Shown here: one piece after another, positions 36,523 to 46,150 of the stretch
Numbering within the stretch: the first letter of the stretch is position 1
Layout of the letters: each line of letters opens with the position of its first letter
Origin: Oikopleura dioica
Taxonomy: Eukaryota > Animalia > Chordata
Direction: 5' to 3'
NCBI GenBank assembly: GCA_907165135.1
Contig: OU015567.1
Coordinates: 9,238,001-9,302,000, forward strand
DNA length: 64,000 nucleotides
Made by a program: the position numbers and the translations under genes
Notes under the pieces: model-generated
Databases searched by the model: none
What the model saw: the letters and a program-made list of their open reading frames with translations, nothing else
Told to the model about the DNA's origin: nothing

Positions 36523-38836
36523 CTGAAATAGATTATTAATAAATGTTTATTCAACAAGATTTCAAATTATTGCTTTTGATATTGGGTAAATTTCTAGCTT
36601 TTTAGTTGCTATTTGGTAAAATTGAATTTTAGTAGTGATTTTCGCTTGAATCTCTTTTGAAGAAAACAACTGATCTCTTTTGAAAACTTAGACGGATACA
36701 AAAAGGGCAAAAAGTACTTTGAAAATAATTTACTTTTTTAGGAGGAGTTGGGTTGAGCAGCTTGCTTGGAAACTGTGAGGAGATCCGGTGTTCGATGTTC
36801 CCGATGGTGGCGGTGGTGGCGCCCACTACGCCCTTAGGCCACTGCCGAATTTACATTTTTTCACCGAAACCGAAACTAAAACATAAACCGGTGGATCATT
36901 GCCAAGCGATTTCCGTCTTTCATGCCAAAAAAGCTTAACTTCAAAAAACTCTTGGCTCCTTCAAAAAGTACCCTCTAAGAACCGCCAACTATAATTCTTG
37001 TATAAACAAGAGCTTAAAAACGTACCCTTTCTTACCTGTGTTTCCATTTGGAGCAGTTTTTGTTGGATATCTCTCAATATTTGAAAAGTTGCCTACCAAC
37101 CAGGATTGAGTCTGACAGAAAATGACGCGCAGTAAAAAGTCCGATCTTTAAAAATAATGTGCGAAATGCTCCGGTGCGTAACATTACTGCCTCTTGCTGG
37201 TATTATCCGCTTTGAAAAGACGTTTTTGGAGGAAAAATCATTCGCCGGTAATGATTATTTATTATTTCAAGCAGCGGGGAAAGAAAGTATCCTTGGAAAA
37301 ATTTACATGGTGAACTTTTGGATGATTAACGTGTGTTTGAATAGGAAAAATTTTAAGTAGTTTGGTTTCGCGAAACAGCGCTGGATTCGTACTTTGGTGG
37401 CTGGAAAGCATCGTTGTTGGAAGCTTCGTATCCAGGGAGATCGACATCGGCTCGATATTGAGGGGGAAGGGATTCGAGCTTTGCTTCCGGATATTGAGAG
37501 AAGTTCTCGTAGTCTGGTGGCAGATCAACGGCCCAATCTTGAGCACTAGTAGTTGCGTTGTTTTCATGACTTCGACTTGAGTCCTGAGCATGTATTCCTC
37601 GTGAATTTCTCGTGCAACGGAAACTCGAATGGAAATGACAGCATATGAAAACAGACATCACAAGGAATATGACGAGGACGGGGAGGAATATCTGCACCGC
37701 TTTTCTAAACAGTTTTTGATGGTTGGAAAGCGAAATGAGTCTCACCTTGTTTCTAAGAGCTCAATATTGCTGGGTATTTCCGCGCCTGGCAGATCTTAAA
37801 ATTGACATGAATTTTTTCAATCGCATAACGAGAGACTCACCAAATATTAATTCAAATGGGGAAGTGTTTTCAACAGTGATTACAAGAAAGTAGATTCTGG
37901 AACCAGCATGCGATAAGAACGGGAGCTTAATGTTACCCTCGGAATCAGCCTCATCCAAGACTTTTGCGTCGTCATTGTCGTAAAACGAAGAGAAAATCGC
38001 TGAATAGGCTCAGAAATACCCCAGAAAATGATTAGGGTGTACCTGTGCTGTAGGAAAACATAAACGCGGAAGAAAAGGTTTCATTACTAAGTACAGTTAA
38101 CGATCCCGGTTGAGGAAAGTCGTTATATTTTCCAATGAGCATTTTGCACTGTCGATATTCGCTTCGAACGAAAATGGAGTCATTTCCAAACGGAAAAGAA
38201 TCACTTGTGATGCAATCTGCAGGGTATTTTTGAACAGTGTGGCTGGAATAAAGACCAACTAGAATCAAAAATAATTTTATGACTTAATTTGAGTTAACGA
38301 CTTACGCATAACAAGCCCTGCAAGAAGAAGCAATGGGACGGAAAAATATAAATTTTCGGTTTTGACAAAATGTCGAAAACGTAACATTTTCAAAATTCTA
38401 AAAGTGCAGTTATCTCAAGCCTGAACTGCGATTCAAGAATTTTGAAAAAAAATTTGTGATTTCATTATTACGAAGCGTGGGCGGCGCGATCTAAGAAAAA
38501 GTTATGAACTCGCCTAGGGACCAGGCGTACTTATTTTTTCAGATTTTTTTTAGACTCAATTATTCTCTATGATCCAAGGATTGTCACAATTGCTTCAGAT
38601 CGAAAATTGCTCATCGCAATCCTGAAATATTGCGTAATTTGTTATTTTCTCGTATAAACTATTAAATTATTAAACCAATACTAATTATATTGAATAAATG
38701 GCCATGCTCGGCCGTTATATGGCCACTTATGGTCGAATTCGGTCGAGTCTGGCCGGAGGACTTCCCGGAGGACCACCCTGGTGGAAAACTAACTGCTGGA
38801 AGACCAATATTAAAAAAAATAATAAATAGCCTAAGA

Positions 38837-39420
38837 TACATTAAAATCACTTCTTCGGACCAAAATCCTGACCCCAATGTTTTTCGTTTTTATCTTGTAG
38901 CGCAGGTTCTGGGGAGTCGAATGGTATAATTTTATTTGGTCGATTATACTATATTATATCGGGTTCTAGAGCTATAAGTACGTGAAATTAACAAGTACTG
39001 AAGCCTCAGAACTCTGAAACTTTCTTTATAAAGTATAGTGATTTTGGGCTCTTTCGAAAGCCCAGCTCAAACTGTGGTTGGGCAGACTTTGTGCGACGTA
39101 AAATTTTGTGAAAAAAATTTTGAGTGGAAAGTTTTTTGACTAAAAAAATTTTTCTGTTGAGAATTATCGGCTGCCCACCAACTGCCCAACCACAGTTTGA
39201 GCCGGGCTTTCCAATGCTATCCATATGTTCATACTTTCTTTGGAAATTTTTGGAGATACAGGGCTTCACTAGAATTTTTCAATAGGGGCGCCTATGACGT
39301 CATTAATGATGACTTAGACCCTTAAAACTATGTGAATCGACTCCTCAGGAGTTGCCCTTTCGAATGAGCATAAGAAAGATGGAGGGCAGAATCTTCTTCC
39401 GAAGAAGTGATTTTCATGTA
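38837..39420. mobile_element. 584-bp hAT-type insertion in the left arm only
   Basis: TIR TACATTAAAATCACTTCTTCGGA versus inverse TACATGAAAATCACTTCTTCGGA; 8-bp TSD GCCTAAGA/TCCTAAGA (1 mismatch); absent at the mirror position near 46710. Confidence 0.78.
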
Positions 39421-40147
39421 TCCTAAGAGGAACAATTATTGCCACTTTTGTCGAGCTTTGGTCATTTTCTGCCGGAGGACCTCCCGGAGGACCAACCTGG
39501 TGGAAGACTATCTGCTGGAAGACCAATATTAACAAAAAATAATAAATAGCCTTACAGGAATAATAATTGACATTTTCGGCAAGCTTTGGTCATTTTCTGC
39601 CGGAGGACCTCCCGGAGGACCAACCTGGTGGATGACTTACCGCTGGAAGACCAGTTTTTACAAAAATTTCTGGATGACCATACAGGGCGAATAATTGCCA
39701 TTAATGGCAAGTTTTGGTGATTTTCTACCGGAGGACTTCCTAAAGGACCGCCCTAAAGGAAAAATAACTAATTAAAGACCAACATTTGAGAAAAATTTGA
39801 AGAACCGTTTGGACCCTTTTGCTATAAACCAACTATCTCAGGGCAAATATAACAAAAATTGCCTAAACGGTCAAAAAACTTAGGGATGCCATAAATCCAT
39901 GATAGACACAACAGAAACTGCATGTTTCTAAAAACCGTTTTCTTCGATATTATGCGTAAACAAAGCCTAAACATAAATTAAATTAAGTCTGAGAATCAAA
40001 ACCGACCCGAAGGGAAGGCCACGCCTGTTTATTAAATTCAGTCAGGAACAGGACGAAGCCGACCCGAAGGGGAGGCCACGCCTTATTATTAAATTCAGTC
40101 AGTGACAGGAGAAGCCGACCCGAAGGGGAGGCCACGCCTTATTATTA

Positions 40148-42487
40148 TGTGGGATTCGAGCTACTCAACTTGTTCGTCAGACTGTTTTCAATGTTCACAA
40201 TATCCTTATTAGGAAATGTTCACATCTGCCTTTTCCACCTGCCACTTCGCTATTACGACTCCGAGTCAGGAGCCGGCATTCTCGATTTTGTAATTTATAA
40301 TACAGACTACCTTGCCAAACTCGAACAGACTCTGATTGCAGTTCTGAGATCCCACAAATTGGTACCAGTCGCTCCAGAAACGAATCCACGTCAAATTCCG
40401 ATTGGCCGAGAGATTACGTCATCCTGAAAATAGCGCAACGAAATCCCGCGAGGGTCACCCTTTGAACTAAATAAAGCAAGGGTGTAAAAGCAAGGTACGA
40501 GAATCCGGTGTCAACGAATAAAGCTTAATCTTCTTTCTTGCTCGCAAACATGGGACGAGCAACAGAAATCGCAAAAGAAATAGAGATATACGAAAAAGCG
40601 CTCACGTACTCGGAAGTTAAAAACGACGCGCAGAAGAAAGCGGACATCGAAAAGAAAATTAGTTCATTGAAGATGAAGTTGATCGCATCCGCAACAGAAG
40701 GCGACAACGAAGACGAATTCACCAGAAAAGATCAGAGTGATCTAAGCTCAATAAGGGCCCAGCTCGGCGAAGTGCATCTTTTCGAAGGAGGTTCCTTCGA
40801 GGTAACGAATAATTTCATCGCCCGCTGCCAAAAAGTTTTCGACTTATGCGTGAAACCGAATATGAAGCTAGAGAAGGAATTCTTAGTCGGCGTCAAATCA
40901 CGATGCTCGGTTCACGTGACGCACAGGATGGGAACAAACCAGAAGAACTGGGACGAGCTGAAGAAAGAGATTTTTTCAAATTTCTCCGGTGGTATCACTC
41001 CGATTCAATCCCTTCAGCGTGCCCTGAATACTCCATACGACAAAAGAAAGGGGTTCAAGAAACTTGCCACGCAGATAAGCCTCAACTTGGAAGCAGCAAG
41101 AGCTACTATAGAGAAAAGCCTAAAGAAACAAGAAATAAAAATGGAACGCGGGAGCAGTTCCAACAGTGGGATCACGGTCGTTTCCGAATTGCTGACGATC
41201 GATAAATTCATGGAACATCTTGGGGCAAGCATTATGGCGACAGTAATCCAGGTACACCACAACGAGTTGTACAACTCGATGGCGCCAGTATGGAAGAAAA
41301 TAGGCGATGCTGGCACGCTGGCGGAGCACGCGGAGTATTATCAGTCACAGACAGGCGGAGGCGAAATGACCACATACTACGGACATCAATCATATAGCCA
41401 ACGGGGCCGATTCAGAAACAGTGGCCAGAACAGAAACAAAGACTCGAGGAGGGGAAGCCACGGAGAAAATCGTAAGCAGGGCACTTCTGGAGGCGGCCAG
41501 AGCAATGTAAAAGGAAACAAATTCTACAATAAGAAGAAGTTCATCAAGAACGAAGCCTACCCGAACGAAGAAGAAGACGAAAAATCGGAAGATAACGATG
41601 AAGATTACGATTCAACGGAAGAGCACAGAGAACAAACGCTTTTTATCTCAAACCCTCGGGCGGATTTCTCAGTTAGAGCTGATGCGGAGTGCTACGCATC
41701 AGACCCGATTAATAAAGAAGTTAGCACACATCAAGTTTTCGCCGGAAGAATACAGCCTCGAGTCGATACTTTTATCCAATCACAGTCCGGCACATTTGCC
41801 TCGCTCAACGCACTGGTTGATACTGGGAGTTCTCTAACGATGATATCGCGTGGAAACATTCCATCACAATTGATCGGCGACACCCAAAATCTCGTCGAAT
41901 ATTCTGCTTCGGCGTACCCAGTTAGTCCATTCGAAGCCGTCTTTGGGAGGAAAGCGTCTCCCCGTGGCATCAAAATTCCCGAAAAACAACTCCGACGAGG
42001 CACCCACACACGTCGCCAAGTGATTCCATATCAAGCAGGGCCTTCCGCCTGAATCCTTTATAGTCGAGGTAGTCACCATCGTTTCGTTTCTCAATATATT
42101 TTCAAAACTACCAGCGGAAAACCGTCTCGCCGGCAACAGCGTTTTATGTGGCTCAAAACCCTAATCGCCGAGGTAGAATTCTTACTTTCAAACACTCACA
42201 TTTGTTTCGCCCGTCTAACGCGCAAGCGCCGAACTCAACAACGATCGTCCAACAGCCTAACGAAAAAGTGGGGGGACATGTGGGATTCGAGCTACTCAAC
42301 TTGTTCGTCAGACTGTTTTCAATGTTCACAATATCCTTATTAGGAAATGTTCACATCTGCCTTTTCCACCTGCCACTTCGCTATTACGACTCCGAGTCAG
42401 GAGCCGGCATTCTCGATTTTGTAATTTATAATACAGACTACCTTGCCAAACTCGAACAGACTCTGATTGCAGTTCTGAGATCCAACA
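40148..42487 (+). mobile_element. Non-autonomous Ty3/Gypsy (Tor-like) LTR element encoding gag-protease only
   Basis: 209-bp LTRs at 40148-40356 and 42279-42487 (TGTGGGAT...ATCCCACA, one difference seen near the 3' end); TSD ATTA; TGGTACCAG PBS-like site at 40360; purine tract AAAAAGTGGGGGGA before the 3' LTR. Confidence 0.9.
40538..42052 (+). CDS. Gag plus aspartic protease fused to an integrase C-terminal remnant
   Basis: Gag-like helical region, RGG/basic segment, protease LVDTGSS, then YSASAYPVSPFEAVFGRK (post-core integrase motif). No RT or RNase H. Confidence 0.8.
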   Translation: MLANMGRATEIAKEIEIYEKALTYSEVKNDAQKKADIEKKISSLKMKLIASATEGDNEDEFTRKDQSDLSSIRAQLGEVHLFEGGSFEVTNNFIARCQKVFDLCVKPNMKLEKEFLVGVKSRCSVHVTHRMGTNQKNWDELKKEIFSNFSGGITPIQSLQRALNTPYDKRKGFKKLATQISLNLEAARATIEKSLKKQEIKMERGSSSNSGITVVSELLTIDKFMEHLGASIMATVIQVHHNELYNSMAPVWKKIGDAGTLAEHAEYYQSQTGGGEMTTYYGHQSYSQRGRFRNSGQNRNKDSRRGSHGENRKQGTSGGGQSNVKGNKFYNKKKFIKNEAYPNEEEDEKSEDNDEDYDSTEEHREQTLFISNPRADFSVRADAECYASDPINKEVSTHQVFAGRIQPRVDTFIQSQSGTFASLNALVDTGSSLTMISRGNIPSQLIGDTQNLVEYSASAYPVSPFEAVFGRKASPRGIKIPEKQLRRGTHTRRQVIPYQAGPSA

Positions 42488-43708
42488 ATTATATTCAGTC
42501 AGGGATAGGGCGAAGCCGACCCGAAGGGGAGGCCACGCCTTATTATTAAATTCAGTCAGGAATAGGGCGAAGCCGACCCGAAGGGGAGGCCTTGCCTTAT
42601 TATTAAATTCAGTCAGGGATAGGGCGAAGCTGACCCGAAGGAGAGGCTACGCCTGTTTTTTCAATTCAGTCAGGGACGGGGCGAAACCGACCCGAAGGGG
42701 AGGCAACGCCTGTTTTTTCAATTCGGTCAGAGACGGGGCGAAGCCGACCCGAAGGGGAGGCCACGCCTTATATTTAAATTCAGTCAGGGATAGAGCGAAG
42801 CCGACCCGAAGAGGAGGCAATGCCTGTTTTTAAGTCAGGAACAGGACGAAGCCGACCCGAAGGGGAGGCAACGCCTGTTTATTCAATTCAGTCAGGGACA
42901 GGGCGAAGCCGACCCGAAGGGGAGCCAACGCCTGTTTATAAAATTAAGTCAGGGACAGGGGGAAGCCGACCCGAAGGGGAGGCCAGGCCTCTTTATATAA
43001 TTCAGTCAGGGACGGGGCAAAGCCGACCCGAAGGGGAGGCAATGCCTGTTTTATAAGTCAGGGACAGGGCGAAGCCGACCCGAAGGGAAGACAAGCCCTG
43101 TTTACTCTATTCAGTCTGAAACGGGGCCAAGCAGACCCGAAGGGGGGGCAGTCTTATTTGTTTAATACAGTCTGAGACGTGGCAAAGCCGATCCGAAGGG
43201 TCGGCCAGTCCAGTTTATTTAATTCCTTCAGGTCACCGATTAAAATAGAATTTGAGGAATTTGATGATGATGGTAATGGATCGACGAGTATATGTCGAAT
43301 TTATTGCGCTTTCTGACTGAAAATAAGAAAGCAAGTTCTTTGTCCGAGTACAAGTGTTCCACAGAAATGTTCAAATTTCGAATCGAATAAACGTTTATGT
43401 CGCCCCTTGTACTTATTTTGGGCTGGAGGTTTCAAATCTGTTAAGAGTTTCCTTGGAAAACTAGGATGGAATGCTCAAAAATAATGCTGAACAAATGTCT
43501 ATGCAAGACGACACTTTATATGAAGAAACGCGACATCCACGACGATTCTTTCTTCGATGTTGCATATATGAAGGTTTGACCGATGAAGAATCCAGACTCC
43601 CATCTTCGAGGATGCATCTTTGATGATGTTTGGATAGAATTGATCTGTGGGAGAAGGCCCCCTCCTCTTAGGCATAGTAACTGGCTCAAATGGCGGACAA
43701 AGTCCCCG

Positions 43709-43780
43709 GGAGAAGTAGTGCAGTGGTAGCACACCGGTTCATGAACACGGAGGTCCCTGGTTCGACCCCAGGCTTCTTCA
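43709..43780 (+). ncRNA. tRNA-like cassette in 5' LTR (defective anticodon arm)
   Basis: GGAGAAG/CTTCTTC acceptor stem, GTGC/GCAC D stem with A-box TAGTGCAGTGG, CCTGG/CCAGG T stem with B-box GGTTCGACC, discriminator A, TTTT at 43785-43788. Confidence 0.8.
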
Positions 43781-44081
43781 ATACTTTTCACTCGCCTTTG
43801 CCTGATCCTACAAACTGGTGAAGACAGTGGGTTGTCTAGGTAGCCAAAATAAATCCTAAGCTGAGATTGACAAAGGGTCACTCAGTAGCTCAGGAGAAGC
43901 TGAAGGTTGGGAGGGTTGGTAGGCTTGCAACGGTTGGGGACCGTGGCACCAGACAAAGAACCAAAAACCCAAGGCGGCATATGTAAGACGAGTTGTTAGA
44001 GCAGTTACTAGGGGGAGTTGTGGGAGAAGGCCCCCTCCTCTTAGGCATAGTAACTGGCTCAAATGGCGGACAAAGTCCCCG

Positions 44082-44153
44082 GGAGAAGTAGTGCAGTGGT
44101 AGCACACCGGTTCATGAACACGGAGGTCCCTGGTTCGACCCCAGGCTTCTTCA
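44082..44153 (+). ncRNA. tRNA-like cassette in 3' LTR (identical copy)
   Basis: Same 72-nt sequence as 43709-43780. Confidence 0.8.
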
Positions 44154-45392
44154 ATACTTTTCACTCGCCTTTGCCTGATCCTACAGATCAAAGAAATATG
44201 TCATTTACCGAGGATGCAGAAACAAAGATTAAGTCAAGCCTCTCAAACACTCTGATTTCTTGCGATAAATTTATTTTACAATATAATCATTTAAACTGAA
44301 TCACAGAATAATAAAATCGAGCTTTTCTTCCGAGTTCGTCACTTCTATCATTTTCAGCCCTAAGAACAGTACAAAAATTTCAAGAAGCTTCTGAGAATTC
44401 GAAAAGAAGCTGAAAAAGAACACCAACAATCTGCAATCATCACTGAAAGAATTTCACCTCAGTAGTAAGAATTTAGTGCCGGGGTCCGAGCAACATGGAT
44501 CTTTTTGTTCCCCCCGAGGGTTGAGCCCATTGTTCTCGGCGGAAGTTGACCCTTTGTTCGGACCGATTTTTATCAGACCCTGGCACCTCCTGTTTCTTTT
44601 GTTTGTACTGTATAATAATTAAAATTAATATTGCGAAATCAAGCAGCATTTTGTTTGTTATTTATTCTTCTAGAGCTTCTTGAAAACATGAGTTTTTAAT
44701 CAAAACAAAAACAGTTTGAAGAGATATATAAGAGAGAGACAGAGATAATACGATTGACACTTCAAAATAATAATGACCAATTATTATTATTATTTTTATA
44801 ATTTTAATTTCAAAAACTTAATAATAATGACATGCTTAATTCTTTTTCTTCAGATTTTTCGATGCCAGGAGGTCAAAGTTTTTGTTGTGTCATACCAGGT
44901 TGTCTAGACCCCGAGCCCTTGTACCACAAAACGGCTAGTAGCAACTATTTGAAGCAACACTTCTGTGTCCGATGTAAGTTCAGTGGTTCTTGTGTTTTTT
45001 TTCAAGATATTTAACCAAAATTCTGGAGAAAATTGTTCATTATCGACTCATAAAGTCAGCAGAAAATTTTGGTTGAAAAGCAAGAATTTTGTTCTTGAAT
45101 GCATTCTTGTAAAAAAAAAACATGACTAGAATTCATTTTAAAGAAATATCTGTCGAAAAAGACGATTAAGCAGTCTATCACTTTGAACGGCTCTTTTGGG
45201 ACATGACAGTGTCCATAAGCTTAGATGAAATCTAGTTTGACTTTAGCTGCGGCAAGCTTTCTCCGACAAGCGGCCAGGGCTATAATCAAATTGTCCAAAG
45301 TGGGCTTCAAGGGCGGACAAGTGGATTTGTGCTCCAGGCGCCTAAGAGTTGTTTGCAGAAGCAACGTGCCTTAGCTGCGATCGAGGAGATAA

Positions 45393-46150
45393 TTCGGGTC
45401 TGCTTGGCCCCGTTTCAGACTGAATAGTGTAAACAGGGCTTGCCTCCTCTTCGGGTCGGCTTTGCCCCACCTCAGACTGAATTGTCTAATCGGGACTGGC
45501 CGATCCTTCGCGTCGGCTTGGCCCATCTTCAGACTGACTTGTCTGATCGGAGCTGCCCCCCCTCCGGGTCGGCTTGGCCTTGTCTCAGACTGAATTGTGT
45601 AAACAGGGCTTGCCTCCTCTGCGGGTCTGCTTGGCCCGACCTCAGACAGAATTGTCTAATCGGGACTGGCCACCCCTCTGGATCGGCTTGGCCCTGCCTC
45701 AGACTGAATTGTATAAATGGGACTGCCCCCTTCGGGTCGGCTTGGTTCCCTCTCAATTGGATTGAATAAACAGGCCTGGCCTCCCCTTTGGATCGGCTTC
45801 GCCCTGTCCCTGACAGAATTTAATAAAGAGGCGTTGCCCTCGGGTCGGCTTCGCCCTATCCCTGACTGAATTAAAATATAAGGCCTGGCCTCCCCTTCGG
45901 GTCGGCTTCGTCCTATCCCTGACTGAATTAAATAATAAGGCGTTGCCTCCCCTTCGGGTCGGCCTCGCCCTGTCCCTGACTGAATTGAATAAACAGGCGT
46001 TGCCTCCCCTTCGGGTCGGCTTCGCTCCGTCCCTGATTGAATTAAATAAACAGGTGTGGCCTTATTTTCGGGTCGGCTTCGTCCTGTTCCTGACTGAATT
46101 TAATAAACAGGCGTGGCCTTCCCTTCGGGTCGGTTTTGATTCTCAGACTT
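45393..46150 (-). repeat. About 59-bp minisatellite array of the right arm (inverted)
   Basis: About a dozen units of CCCCTTCGGGTCGGCTTCGCCC..CCTGACTGAAT, the reverse complement of the left-arm units. Confidence 0.9.

Larger units (their letters stand above)
39990..43220 (+). repeat. About 59-bp minisatellite array of the left arm, split by an LTR element
   Basis: Units like ATTCAGTCAGGGATAGGGCGAAGCCGACCCGAAGGGGAGGCCACGCCT-AT-rich at 39990-40147 and 42488-43220. Confidence 0.9.
43646..44185 (+). mobile_element. 540-bp TRIM (miniature LTR retrotransposon) with tRNA-like LTRs
   Basis: Identical 167-bp LTRs at 43646-43812 and 44019-44185 (TGTGGGA...ATCCTACA); TSD GATC at 43642-43645 and 44186-44189; PBS TGGTGAAGACAGTGGG at 43816; PPT AGGGGGAG before the 3' LTR; no ORF. 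Confidence 0.92.

Noticed and set aside
38998-39268. Further TA-flanked element nested in the 584-bp insertion, with a related fragment at about 33490-33553
   Set aside because: Only about 7 bp of terminal inversion (TGAAGCC); too weak to call, though the two fragments are similar.
43709-43780. Functional tRNA-Met (CAT) or tRNA-His (ATG) gene
   Set aside because: Anticodon stem has two mismatches in standard register and position 33 is C; it lies inside LTRs. Annotated as tRNA-like instead.
42488-46150. 59-bp repeats with variable AT-rich linkers resembling a CRISPR array
   Set aside because: Linkers are related to each other rather than unique spacers, arrays are mirror parts of a TIR element, context is eukaryotic and there are no cas genes.
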